Both the position numbers and the translations under genes were made by a program. From Amoeboaphelidium protococcarum X5 (taxonomy: Eukaryota > Fungi > Aphelidiomycota), in contig JALDTO010000146.1 of assembly GCA_023515725.1 (NCBI GenBank), positions 868,001 to 932,000 of the forward strand: DNA of 64,000 nucleotides. Direction: 5' to 3'. The notes beneath the pieces are model-generated. The model saw only the letters and a program-made list of their open reading frames with translations, was not told the origin of the DNA and did not search any database. Below are positions 1 through 13,146 of the stretch, one piece after another. Each line of letters begins with the position of its first letter. Position 1 is the first letter of the stretch.

Positions 1-1428
1 CTTCCGCCCGTTTACATGATGGAATTTGGAAAGAATTCTAAAATGTATTTTGAAAAAGTTGCTTTGCCTAATAGCAATAGTAATGGCTCTCCGACGATGA
101 TGAACGATTCCTTTCTACCATAATAGTCTGATGTATTCTCACCGTCATTATAACGAAGACAGGTTTCTCACTAATTCTAGCAATAGGCATAGCAGTAAAA
201 GTTCTAGCAGTAAGTATAATTTTAGTGGCGATTAAAATCTATTCAGCAGTTTAATCTGGAGCGTGGTGCTGAGGAAAAGCCAAGTAAACGATACTTTTCT
301 GCACTGACTTTATCCGAGTTGATAAGATCGTATCCTATTTCGAAAAAGATTTAGAATGACAAAGCTTAAGTGGATTCCGAGATGCTCAATAGAGCGTGCT
401 TCTTGGATTTCTTGCGCGGTCTTTTAGCTCTTAATCCTCTGGAAAGATGGTCCGCATATCAGGCGCTGTAACATCCATTTATCACTGGTAAAGTATGGAA
501 TGGTCCATTTAAGCCAGAGCTCGGCGGTGTTAGAAAGTATCAATTGACTCCTGTTGAAAGCCCGTCGCTTTAGTCTTCAGTTTAGCGGCTACATAGTGGC
601 GGCGATTATAATTAGATGCAGAACTCTCAAGCTGGTAGCAGTGCGGTGTAAAAACAGAGAATAAGAGCCAATACTATAGTATCGTCACAGTTTGCTGTTC
701 CTCTTCAGTTACAAAAGGTTACTTCAAATGCAGTGCATTCTTAGCCTTAGTCTGGAAGTAGACATCATCCATCGCAGACTAGAAGACAATCTCAGCTTTC
801 TCGAGAGTCTCCTAAAATGGTAATTAACTCGGCTGCGTCCTCCACTGAGCCTTTGAATGACATCAAAAAATTGTAATTTGTCAACGGGAACAAAGATAAT
901 ACCAAGATTAGCGCCGCTGGGAAGGGCGCTGTTTTGAGTACAGGCTCTTCGGGATCGATGTCCTCTCAAGATTCAGCGAGATTCTCTAACAATGCTACAC
1001 TGTCAGCCTCGTCCAGTGGATCTATTACTCTTAATCGACTGAGCACGGAATAAAATTTCACTGGTTCCGGCTCGGCTGGTAGTTATAATAATCCTCTTTT
1101 TAGTGCAACTTTGGCCGACTTTAAACCGACTAATATTAGTCATGATTCCATACCAGAGTATTAGCAAATAAGCTCTGATTTTGGTTAGCTGAGATTGAAT
1201 TAGCGGCAACTGTAGCAGCAGTAGTAGTAACAATCTCCATAGAATAGAGAGCCGGCTGGTAGTCAGATGAATAGTCAGTTGCCTTAATAAAATCAGCAGC
1301 TATCTGGCCTTAGTAGAAGTCCGAGAGCTGCGTAGAGGCGTCTTAGTCAACAGGCTCGTTTTAAAAAGATTAGATCACACTCTGTTAGTGACTCGTATAG
1401 TCCTCTCAGACATCAGGACAAAGATTGA
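1..1428 (+). CDS. YAK1: Yak1/DYRK-family kinase, 3' part (5' truncated by window)
   Basis: Frame 1 with TAR=Gln: LPPVYMMEFGK...WRLKSIQQFNLERGAEEKPSKRYF...FLDFLRGLLALNPLERWSAYQALQHPFITG, then S/Q-rich tail; TGA 1426-1428. Confidence 0.85.
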
Positions 1429-1541
1429 GTCTATTATGATTCTATATAAAATGATAAAGACTACTCAGCTATGAAAACTATTGTCTTAATTATTATACAA
1501 ATCGATTTTATTTTAATGTGATACTTTAAATCTCATTCATA

Positions 1542-2576
1542 TCACTTCTGAATGTTATTGTCTCTCTGTATGAGCTCATCAATCCTATGTTGAAAATCAA
1601 CTAACGCGTTGTATTATAGACAATCCAATTGAACATCACCAGCATAACCCAATTCGCACAATATAGATCCGAGTTGATCTTTGATTAAAGTGATATGTTC
1701 ATCACTCAACCATGCTAAGCCATAGTAATTATCATTGGATTAAGTCTTGGATGTATAAGGCGATCCCTTATCATTGATTGCGCATTAAATCAGTCCAATA
1801 TAATACTCGGTATCATCCAAGTACTCTGACGGCAACAGCATCTCAATCACACGCTACATTTCCAGAAGCTAATTGGATCTAAGTTCTTCATACTTTACCA
1901 AGATGGACGGGAGCGGAACGGATTTCCAATACAAATAATGGCTGCGATACTTGTCAACATACCATTGCAACTTGCCCATACGTAATGAATCGCGAAAACT
2001 TTCAACCTCTTACACCTTTTTAGTGTGATTTTGCACATTTCGGTGCCAGTGATGATACGAGACAATTGAGTCGAACGGATTTCTCACCAAATGAATGAAT
2101 TGATCAAATCCTTGCCAATGAGTCTGTGGATCTGGGTATCGTTTCAATGATGTCACTGGATAGTGCGTCTTCACCAAGAATTTATCAGTCTTATCACACT
2201 CTGACTTGAATGTCTTTCTCAAGTACTTGTCGCAGTACATTGATGACGTGGTGTATTAAGTGCAGCTTTCCACCTGGTATCGCAAAAATGAATTCCCACT
2301 CCTTGGGAACGATGCAAGTGCTGTGACTCTATCAACATGATCCTTTCTTACAGCTACACGCATAAACCCGAGTATATAGAATAAAGTTTAAATATTTTAT
2401 AAAATCGCGTAAAAATTACACTATTTGACACTGCATTGATGATTATCTTGACTTGTTTCAACATTGGGACCGCCTCGACTATGAAGCAAAACAATTTTCT
2501 GCTTTTTGCGCTGTAGAAAGAGCAGAAACGATGCCACTATCAACAGCACTACGAGATATATCACTTTCTTTCCCAT
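1542..2576 (-). CDS. Type II membrane PAPS-dependent sulfotransferase (WSCD-like)
   Basis: N-terminal hydrophobic anchor MGKKVIYLVVLLIVASFL; ALASFPRSGNSFLR (PAPS loop), LVKTH, HLVRNPFD; one intron at about 2354-2419; TGA stop. Confidence 0.75.
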
Positions 2577-2953
2577 TTGTCTCTACATTTGAAGGTCTCT
2601 GTGTATCTTATTAAATGAGACTTTATAGTTTAAAGTAAGCGCATACAGAGATAGAAAGAGAATGAGGAAACAAAGAGTTCAAGCAACGACAGTTCAAACG
2701 TGCAATGTACAGAATATGCAAAGCTGTGGGAAATAGAAACCAAATAAGCAACGCGTAAACATTAAAAGAGGGCGAGATCGAAACTGAAATCGGACGATCG
2801 CCGCCTGTTTCACCCATCAAAGTCATGAATGGAGATGGAAACGGGAAGGTAATGATGATGATTCAGACAGAGATACTATAGTATTTCATTAAACTCGTAA
2901 CTGCGCCTCTTATTGACCTACAACACGGCAAAGATAAGCATTCACATAATTAA

Positions 2954-4687
2954 TCATTCAATGATGATACAATCATCAGACGCGGCTTTCTTAGAGACAG
3001 ACAGAATGTTAATAGATGAAGAGATCGACTATTTACCTATCTCAGATGGTGTCAACGCATTTTCTTTTGTGGCTTGCATGGATGACGCGCTCTGATCAGT
3101 CATATCATTGCATTCATACAAATCTCCCAACTCATCTTGATCAAATTGTATGACTGAGCAGAAGCCATCAGAACTTGCAACCAGTAATGAAAGTCCATCA
3201 GGTGCCCATGTTAGATCAGTCAAGTGATGATAATGCAAGTTCTTTACCAAAGTCAGCGGCACCTCTTGCTGGGTATCGAAGATAATAATCGAGTCATGAG
3301 TAGCAACAGCAAGAAGCATACGGTACGGCAGATTGAATACGAGTGGAATGTCACTATTATTACAACGATTGAGAGCGTACTTCACTGGAGACCATCTGAC
3401 AGCCACTGCAGGGTTTTTAGCAACATTGAAACAACACACAGGTCCAGCTTTGATATTTTGTGCAGCGTAAGCATATACACATTTGACAGTACTATGACTA
3501 TTACTAGGATCCTGAAATATACCAGAAGGACATGCCAGGATTCTGCAATCTGGCGAATATTATAAGCGCCTAAAGAAAGACGATGTATTCTCATCTTGAT
3601 ACAATCTAACGTGATTAGAAGTCTTTTTAGGAATACTCTGGATACTTGGTTCACCGCTCTATGCAGAATTCTCATGAGTTTAAGTAACATTTTCAGCTGT
3701 AGGTCCTTAGTTATTTTCAGCGATTATCTCCAGCCTTGAGGACCTTAGACTTACACTAAGTTTCAACGTCTTTCCATTATTTTTAACAGAGTATACAATC
3801 ACCGATCTACACTTGAATTGATATATAACATTAAAAAATCATTCAAAAAGCTGTATAAGGATGTATCTAACCTGTCTGAAGATTAAGTCGCGATTTATTA
3901 GCCATCAGAACTCCAACTAACACCCTGAACGAAATGCTTATGATCAACTTGCTAACACACCAATTTTTCTACATTTTCGGTAAATCAAATGTAAAACTAG
4001 TCTCTATCCACATAAAAGTTAACAGTCTTACTCTCATTAACATTCCAGATGCGCAGAGCATTATCAATATCAGATACGGACGCGATATAAGTTCCGCATG
4101 GTGACCAAGCTAAATCGAAAATGGCAGCTCTTTGAGGGCCTCTACATTAATCTTATCACAATGGATTGAACATATTACTATTAGAAAACTATTAAAATAA
4201 TAAGATTACAGCAATATACACAGCGGAATCCACTTTTCAACCTCTTCATCTCCATCCGCGTCACCAAGTGCCTACTAGAATGCTGAAGAAATCAAACGAC
4301 TAGAACCATCAGCATTTTAGTCACTAGACTTCCACACTACAATGACTCCGTCGTCTCCAGCAGTGGCAAGCAGCGGTTTATTAGGGCACCAGCGCACGCA
4401 ATTTACCCCGGCATCATGTCTCTAAAGTGTACACAAGTACTTTACACTTTCATCAGGATTCACTCTCCACAACTACACACTGTTCCGTATTATTATGAAA
4501 GATATTCGACTCTACTAAATATGAATTACAATCTTACACGTGCACAAGAATCTGCCCCAGCTGTAGCAAATCTCCCAATACTACTACTAGTTCCACCACT
4601 GATAGTAATACCGTCGCTTTTCTAGAAATCACAAGCATAAATAGGCTGCTTATTGTGCCAGTAAATGGTCAAAGTCTTGGCCCGCAT
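2954..4687 (-). CDS. CAC2: Chromatin assembly factor 1 subunit p60 (WD40)
   Basis: MRAKTLTIYWHNKQPIYACDF start; AVAVRWSP, LPYRMLLAVAT, NLHYHHLTDLTWAPDG, SSDGFCS; several short introns; TGA 2954-2956. Confidence 0.9.
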
Positions 4688-4863
4688 AACTTCAAACGTT
4701 CTTCTAGCTAACTGTTATTGTCCAGAAAAGTATCAACTTTTACAGTATATTCCTAATTTATACAGTAGATATACGAAAGAGATAAGAAGAGCCAAATTGA
4801 GATGAAACAGATAGTCCAAAGACGCGCTAAAATGAAAGTTGAGAGAACTGTTTGAGCAGCGAC

Positions 4864-4920
4864 GAGGAGAGAGCAAGCCAATTTTAGCGATGAGGAGAGA
4901 GATCAAGCCAACTTTAGCGA
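4864..4920. repeat. Imperfect tandem direct repeat (2 x about 28 bp) upstream of CAC2
   Basis: GAGGAGAGAG--CAAGCCAATTTTAGCGA / GAGGAGAGAGATCAAGCCAACTTTAGCGA, followed by ACGCGT at 4920-4925. Confidence 0.7.
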
Positions 4921-5246
4921 CGCGTTTCAGACTATTAACAGATTGAAATGTTATTATTGGAATGGATGTACGTACATATGAGGTAGTTACATCACAGAGT
5001 TCGACGTGAAAAAGTATCGGAATTTGCAGTATTAGATGGAAGACTTTTAAATTCATACCATATTCACCAAATGTCCAACAAGTTTTCATAATATTCCAAT
5101 TGTGGTCAATTCTCGTCAGTCTTTAACAAAACAAAACAACCTTGAAAGAGTTTGCATGGTATAATAAATTCAAAAGGTCTAAGAAGATATAGAAAACATA
5201 CTATTCGCAATGATACTTTAATCTAGAGATCAAAATCTTGAAAAGA

Positions 5247-7274
5247 TCATGATATACTTTGATACGATCCGGGGTAGAACACAGATGTAATCCTAGTCCA
5301 TAATCTTCTGATAGATGTAGGATATCTTCGAAGCATCCAAAATCCACTCGCGCATAGAACTGCGGCAAAGGAAGACACACCAAGCCATCTAGTTAATCGC
5401 TTATTAGATGATAGTATACGCGTAATACTTGTGCTTGAATGTGGTATAGCTTGGTATGGAGCGAGGCATACTTATACGACATGAGTAAATACTTCTCCCA
5501 CATCTTTAGTCTTGCAAGATACCATGCAAGGTGGTGGTATCTTAAGCGACTAACAATAGTCTGCAGGCTACAGCGGACAATCTAATTACTTGACCATTGG
5601 TGAATCTCGTCTACTTCCCACAATGACAAGTGGAAGAAAGTCCAAGTCGTGACTTTATTATCGAAGCGATGTGATGTAGTTGAAAGAATTGGCATCTGAA
5701 CAGTCGTACATCATAATCACAGCATCTACATCCTCCATCAGCTACTTATCTCCAGTCACGCGTGTAACTTCATCTATGGCCACCTCCTAGATGATCAGAT
5801 ACTTTTCCGATCCTTGACTATCTATGGCATTCACATACGTCATTGATGGATAATTCGGATCATACTGCGGATGGAACTACTTCTCAGCCATGAATCGACA
5901 AAACTCAGTCTTACCACATCCTTTGGCACCCAGTAGTAGACAATGGAACACATTGCGAGCATTCCTCTTCCTGATTGTGCCATCACGGCGATTCTTGATA
6001 ACTTTCACCGCACTCCTAGAATCACCCTCAAATCCAAGATAAGCCAAATATGCCAGCGTTTTGTTATAATCCAACAGAGTGGTCATACTCCACAGAGCCA
6101 GAAAACCTTATAACGTCAACTCAGGACCATTGCTTACAGTGCGTTCGCTATAATTACTCCACGGTATCCTGGTACCATTAAACACAGGACACGTACTAAA
6201 TAAGGCATTAATCTCCTAATCACTTAGCGAACCATTGTGATCCAAGTCAAATCTTCTAAACAGATCGATAAAGAACTAGTATCCACGCGGACTCAGCTCA
6301 GTCGCATCTCCGTCACCAACCTTGAGCTCTGGACTTATGAAATCAAAGCGCAATTCTACCTGATTATCATAACCAAACTTTCTCAAAACTTTCCAGATGG
6401 TCTCCCGTCTGCCACGCTAAATGAACAATGAGTGCAGGTACACAAACCCCTCCACAGTAAGTGCATTATTACGTACACCTGCCTGAGCCGGTAATCCTTA
6501 GCGCACGACATCCTTCACTCCCTCCAGCTCAGAGCTCTATAAAGGACTTCCAAAAACTTTGCGCTAGAATCGATTCAGCTCAGAATCATCCAGCAAATTA
6601 TCATTATCAAGATCGCATAGCTTAAAAATACGCTCTAAGGCTTCTTTAGCCTCACGCTTCATAGAGTGACTATGAACATCCCAAAGTGGAGAGGTTGGAT
6701 GCAGAACAGCTTTACCGCAGAAATAAAAAACTTCAGCCACGTTAACCATTTCTTTACACGAAACTTCACAGCAGCTCTCAATCTCTTTGAACTTCTACAT
6801 CAATGACATTGCGTGGATATTGGTCGGCGACGATGTACCATTGTACGCATTAGAATGCCTTCTCGGTTGCAGATCAATCTTATTGGCGACTAAAATCACG
6901 GGAACCTACTATTTTGTATTCGATCTAATCAGAGGCATCCAGAACGTGGCGATTCGATCAATGACTTTACTACCTGCAATGTTATCACTCTGAGGCCCGG
7001 ACGGCATAATAGACGCCTGACAAGCATCGTAAACAAGACAGACAACATCCGCAGTGTACAGCGACTCTTTTAAATGAACCATCTATGACAGGTTGGTGTC
7101 TGTGATCAAGGTGTTTAGATGATCAATCGTGATATCGGCGGGTATCATGTAGACGGGCAGCACCTGAGGCAGATCTTCTTCAAACTCCTCCTTCACAAAC
7201 GTATTAATAAGCGTAGATTTACCAGCTTTATCATCGCCAACAACGACAATGTTCACCTCTTCCCGCTTCTGCAT
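5247..7274 (-). CDS. GEM1: Mitochondrial Rho GTPase Miro
   Basis: Single frame with TAR=Gln: VVVGDDKAGKSTLI, KAVLHPTSPLWD, EF-hand DLDNDNLLDDSEL, MTTLLDY, second GTPase GAKGCGKT, C-terminal TM anchor; TGA 5247-5249. Confidence 0.93.
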
Positions 7275-7523
7275 AATCTTTTAATACACTTAGATTAAAC
7301 TTAGTTACTATCCGCTTCAAAGGGAACTGGAGATGGAAATAGAATTTTCTGCCAAATGGGGAGCTCGGAGAAGAAAAAGCGCCAAAACGTCAAAATGTGG
7401 CGATACAAAATGAAAAGTTTGAATAGACGTGAACCATATAGACAATTTATTTCACACAACTATTTATATCATATACATACATATTCTACACAAATATTGG
7501 CAGAGGCAGGCGCGTCAGTACAT

Positions 7524-9149
7524 TCAGCTGACTTCTTCAATGGGACCAAAGTGAGACGATGGCTTCAGGTGACTATCGCAAGCGTCAGAATGCTGTTACA
7601 ACATCTCAATCAGGACGCGTTTACGTCGACTTTCTGATGCAGGCGTGCATGTAGATGAGGTACTAGATGATATCTTCCGCATGCAACTCTATGATTATGA
7701 ATAACGCGCACCACTTTTCATCTGACTTTATTATTGAGGATCATAAAAGACCACAATGTAATCTGGATGATAATCACGAATGTCGTTATGTACATTGGCC
7801 GTAGATCCCACCAACGGCCGCAATGAGTATACTCCATTGACAATAGGTTTATGATGATTAATTCCATAAGACGTATCCCGAACACTTTCAGCAGTCTCAG
7901 TGTTGCCACCAGCTGGCTCTTCTACTATTATTTACGGTTTTAGACTAGAACTAGAATATCTACTCTACTGATAGTTTGCCAGATGAGCAAGTGCAGAGTG
8001 GTGACGATCATGAGATAATTTCTAGTGTCCTAAGCCACTTTAAGGAGTCGAATTACACTGAACAACCTCTCCACTAAGCTGATCTTTAGTACTAATACTA
8101 CTCAGACTGTCGCTCGAACTAGAACTAGTGTCCATTGTTGGAACAAATGAGTTCCGCAGTGGAGACTAATACTTTTTAAGATCCCCAACATCTCCACCAC
8201 AGCTCTTACTATCATACTCTTTCACATGATGATGATGACTATGATTATGATGATGATGATGATGATGTTGGTGAGCATTATGAGTATTCTTTACGTGACC
8301 TTTATTCTCATGATGTCCAACATGGGGCAGAATCTTTGAGAAATCGCGCCCAATGGACAATGGTAATTTAAATCGTCGAGAGCCGCCATGTTGTTCATGT
8401 TGATGCTACTAACTCTTATTCTCACTCTAATCTATAGCGCTTTACTCGCGACTAATCATCTAAGCAGCAATATCGTTACTCTAACGGTGATGATTCTAAT
8501 TATACAAAACAGGACTCTAATCAACATCCATCTCAAAATCAGATATACTAGCGACACTACTCCTACTCAGACGGCCATAAGAGTTTCTATACAGATCATT
8601 GACACCATCTACTTATACAGTGGTATACTAATCTCTAGTGCTCACTTGGACATGGCCATATACATCGCCAGTTGTATCCCATTACTCCGCCACCATTTAA
8701 CAATCGGATAATCTATTATTACAATTACGCAATGGCGATGACGCAATATCAGTGTCGGCGGCGGCCAGATTAGAATCACCATCTGGCGCCACTGCAGCCA
8801 CAGAATCGTCAATAATGTGCAGATAAACATTGTTAGAATGCAGAATACACTCAGAAGAGCCAGGTACCGAAACCATCTTGGCCATATAGTACCCATGAAT
8901 CACTGATGGAAATAGATCGATACTATCCACCCTGGTCACTATGGATCGAGGTGATAATACGACACTGGTGCTCTCTTTCCTTAAATGCGGCACGTTATCT
9001 GTATTAGGAATCGATATTATGGGCACTTTGGGATACTTATAACTACTACGCTACATCGCTATACCTTCATGGGCACTGGAACGCTAGTACGACAATTCCT
9101 AATCAGGCAATTATTAATGATTAATACTACTATTACTATTCTTGAGCAT
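7524..9149 (-). CDS. Hypothetical low-complexity His/Gln/Ser-rich protein (about 541 aa)
   Basis: ORF fragments 8697-9026 and 8166-8360 share one frame from ATG 9149 to TGA 7524; poly-His tract; no domain recognised. Confidence 0.65.
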
Positions 9150-9230
9150 GATACTGAATCTATTTAAACGGGCGTGATTCGTGTCAGATGTTTCTTCTCG
9201 CAGTTTTGTGTGTTTCGATGAGGATTTCAA

Positions 9231-9232
<2 letters not shown>

Positions 9233-9265
<33 letters not shown>
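9233..9265. repeat. (GA)n microsatellite in divergent intergenic region
   Basis: Perfect GA dinucleotide run. Confidence 0.95.
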
Positions 9266-9267
<2 letters not shown>

Positions 9268-9930
9268 CTAATGAATAAACTGCTGACTGGAAATAAAACT
9301 CGCGGTGTTTGTTTGTGTTCTTTCCCTGAAGCGTGAGAGAATCATCTGGTGGCTGAGCATCGGATCAAACAAAATCCACTGACTCAATGTAGAGCTGATT
9401 GACTGACTGAATATATATTGCTCTACCTGCCTTCACAATATCCAAAGTTTTCAAATTAATGGCTAGAATTATACAAGATCATATCAGTTTCAACTGAATT
9501 TTGAATGAAAGATTCGAGTTTAAAATACTTGCATCTACTGTATACACGCTGTTGGATCCATTCAATTTATATTACACATAACTTTGCTACAGTTAAAGTA
9601 AATTCAACCAAGCTTTTTTATGCTAACCCCATACAGCATTCTTTAATAGTCAAAACTTTTGAAACAATACATGAACAGTCAGTCATGAAAGCGCGTGTCT
9701 TCTTCCCCTTGTCATGAAGCGACGCGCTGTCGGGCGCTAACCTTAAGGTTGATGGGAACGACGATCGTTTGTTTGTTTGTTTGTCAGCCCAATGAGCCCA
9801 ACCGTTGAACAGGAGAAGGAGAGAACTCAGAAGAGAGAAAGAGAGTGAGAGTGAGAGAAAGAGAGAGAAAGAGAAGATAATTCTTGAGGTGAAACGACGA
9901 CGACGACAACCTATCCATTGACATCATCAC

Positions 9931-11559
9931 ATGGCTTCAAACAAGCATGACTCCTCCTCTGCCTCTGGCCACGGATTTCCTACTCAAATTTCCCCGTCAA
10001 CTGCTATAAATACTTCTCATAATAATAATAATCCTGCTGCGAGTAATGTGAATTCCAATCAAGATGCTGTTATTAGTTCTGTACTATCCCCGCAGTAGTC
10101 AACTGCTCCGCCGTCTATATCACATCATTAACCTCCTTCCCGCTAGTCTTCCACTAATACTAATACTACCCAAGGTGGAATTAATCTGAATAATAATAAT
10201 AATAATAATTTAAATAGAAATGTGGAGCATCTGGTAATTGCTGGTCTGCCAGTGATGAAGTATCTTGGATCGAATGGTTTGTTTAAGTACAAGTTGGCTC
10301 CTAATGTTAACATTAAAGCTGTACCGCAGTCTTAGTAGTAGTAATTAATGATGGAAGTTTAAGCGTTGTAGTAAAGAGATCTTCTGCTACTGTAGCAGTA
10401 ATAGTAGCAGTTGCTGAATTAGGCCAAGTTGATGGCAGCACCGTATTCTCCCATTAATTTTAATGCTATAGGGCAACAGATGAATCTTGATTAGATAACT
10501 GCGGTTGGGCCTCCCACCGTGTAGAATTAGAATGCTATGTAAAAGTAGACTCAAAAAATGTAAAATATCAGTCAACCAAGATCTGACTAATCTATGTAGT
10601 AATAGCACTAATAATAGTAGCAGTATCAGTTATAATAGTAGTAATGGTAGTAGCATTAACATTAGTAGCAGTATATTAATCTTTAGCATGCTCAGCACGT
10701 TAATCCCATGAATTTTTAATAGTAGCCGTAAAGACCGGCTATTGATTAGATTAGGTAGTAGTTGATGGTGCGATCTTCACAAGTGTCCTCTCTGGTAGCC
10801 AAGAGATTAAAGTAGGATCAGGATAAACTTGCTCAGAGTAATTTAACTAAATTTTAATCATTTTCTGATGCTCTCTAACGGCTGATGCCTTATCATCTCT
10901 GCTAGTATCAAGAGTTAGATTTATCGGTTGACAATGATTAGTTCCAGTCTGGTATATCGTCTAATACATTGCATTTCTAGTAGCGGAGTATATAGTTGAA
11001 TGATCGGTATCATCAAGTGTTGAAAAGATGCGCAGATAAGATAGATTTTGAAGACTCGCGGCTATTGTGTGATAAGTTACAACTGCAGAGTGAATTGGAC
11101 TTTATGAATCGGTTTAAGCAAGAGCTTTCCTCGTCTACATACTCTCAACTGGGGGATTAATATTCTTAAAAGTTTCCCTTATAATCTCCATCTGATCATG
11201 CAGATGATAATATGATGATGGAATCTGCTTATGATCGTGGCTTTGTGAGCAGTAATTAATTTATGTCTGATGCTGATGGAGATGATCAGCAGTAATACAA
11301 TTATGCCGATGAACAGTCTGATACTTCAGCCTCTGACGACACATCAGAAGATGTATCTTTCGATGAAGATGAATCGGAAGATGAAAATTAATTTCACCAA
11401 TAAACATTTACATAATAAGCATAGCATTAAATTCTTATTTACTGTATTTGTTTTGTCCGCAACGATTCAAACGCTGGTATATTTATAACTCTCAATTTCT
11501 CTCTCTTGTTTCTCATTCAGGTTAAATTAAAAAGCGACTCTTTTCAACCTAATCAGTGA
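9931..11559 (+). CDS. Gln/Asn-rich GLTSCR1 (BICRA C-terminal)-domain protein; 3' end uncertain (11391 or 11559)
   Basis: Frame 1; polyQ written mainly in TAA/TAG (10597-10671); RLKQDQ...FQSFSDALQRLMPYHL resembles the GLTSCR1 domain; acidic tail; first in-frame TGA 11557-11559. Confidence 0.65.
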
Positions 11560-11581
11560 TAACTACTAAATAGAAGACAAT

Positions 11582-12910
11582 ATGGGAGCGGTATTAGCGT
11601 GCTTGGGTACTGATTTGGCTTGTTGTTTTGGCTCAATGGCCTGTAAGTGCTTCTATCAAATTCTAGGCACCACGCTGTCAACATCCACCCGCATATCTTA
11701 TGCCATAATATTTATGCTTAATAGCATTGTTGCTTGGGTAATGCTGAGTGATTGGGCTATCAAGGCGTTGAAAGAGCGGTTTGATAAGATACCATTTTAT
11801 AAGATTGATTGTCCAGAGGGAGTTTGTTATGGCACCTTGGCCACGTATCGAATCACAATGGCTCTCACCTTGTTTCATCTTATTATGGCACTGTTCACTT
11901 ACGGTATACGCTCGACAAATGATCTCAGAGCTGGTATATAGAATGGATATTGGGGAATTAAATTTCTGGTTATAGTTGCGCTTACTGTAACCTGTTTTTA
12001 TCTGCCGAATAGCATGATACTGGCGTATGGCGGAGTCGCAACATTCACATCAGGCATATTTATTCTGATCCAACTTGTTTTACTAATTGATATGGCGTAC
12101 AGATGGAGCGAAATTTGTCTTGAGAAGTACGAAGAAAGTGATGATAGGTCTTGGATGGTTATCCTGGCTGGCGGATCCATTCTGATGCTGATAGGATCTA
12201 TCGCGATCACTGGATTCCTGTACGCGTACTACGGTATGCCCCAATGCAAGCTTAATCAATTCTTCATCTCGTTCAATCTGATTCTAGGTGTGATATCTGC
12301 CGTGGTTTCCATCTATCCAAGTATACAGGAAGAAAATCCTTAAAGTGGTCTTCCTCAATCGGCATTCCTAATGTTGTACTCTACATACTTGGTTTATACT
12401 GCTCTATCTAGTGAACCGGATGCAAAGTGTAACTTTAGTTAGGCACAGAATCACAAGAGAAACGATCAAGTGATAATTGGTGTTATTCTGACATTTCTCG
12501 CTTTAGTTTATTCCACGTCAAGTGCAGCATCTAATAGTGGCGCATTTATTCGATCTAATGGTGAAGATGGAATTGCTTTGATCTCTGACAATGAAAGAGG
12601 AGCAGGTGGAGATTCTTCGCGTGATGGCGATGATGCATTAAATGATCCCAACTTTAATGATGAGAGTGATGGATGCACTTACAATTATTCATTCTTTCAC
12701 ATCATATTCGCCATTGGAAGTATGTATGTGGCGATGCTGCTCACCAACTGGGACATTGTTAAAACGGCAGACTCGGCTGATGAGGCGATCCAACTAGGAA
12801 GATCATGGTAGGCCACATGGGTCAAGGTGGTTACCAGCTGGTTGGCGTATTTAATGTACATTTGGACACTTGTCGCTCCTCTCGTCTTGCCCGATCGTGA
12901 ATGGAATTGA
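11582..12910 (+). CDS. TMS1: Serine incorporator (SERINC/TMS1) membrane protein
   Basis: MGAVLACLG...CCFGS, CYGTLATYRI, AGIQNGYW, YNYSFFH, MYVAMLLTNW, WTLVAPLVLPDR; TGA 12908-12910. Confidence 0.93.
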
Positions 12911-13146
12911 ATAGAATTTACGTTATGTTTTATTTGAGTTCACTTGATACTGCATTCCTTTCAATTTGAAGATCTAATTCGTTACGTTGTTTGATCAATC
13001 TCGCCGCAAAGTTCTCAGGCGAGAGTGCGACGGCTAAATAGTTCCATGTGCCATTTGTTGTTTCACAATTCCTATTTCGAATCTTATTTTTTGAAACTGA
13101 AACGGTCATTGAAGGATCAATAAGGGTGAGACGATAATAATTAGAA

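Noticed and set aside
7524-9149. Homeobox or other transcription-factor domain in the His-rich ORF
   Set aside because: No recognisable DNA-binding motif on translation
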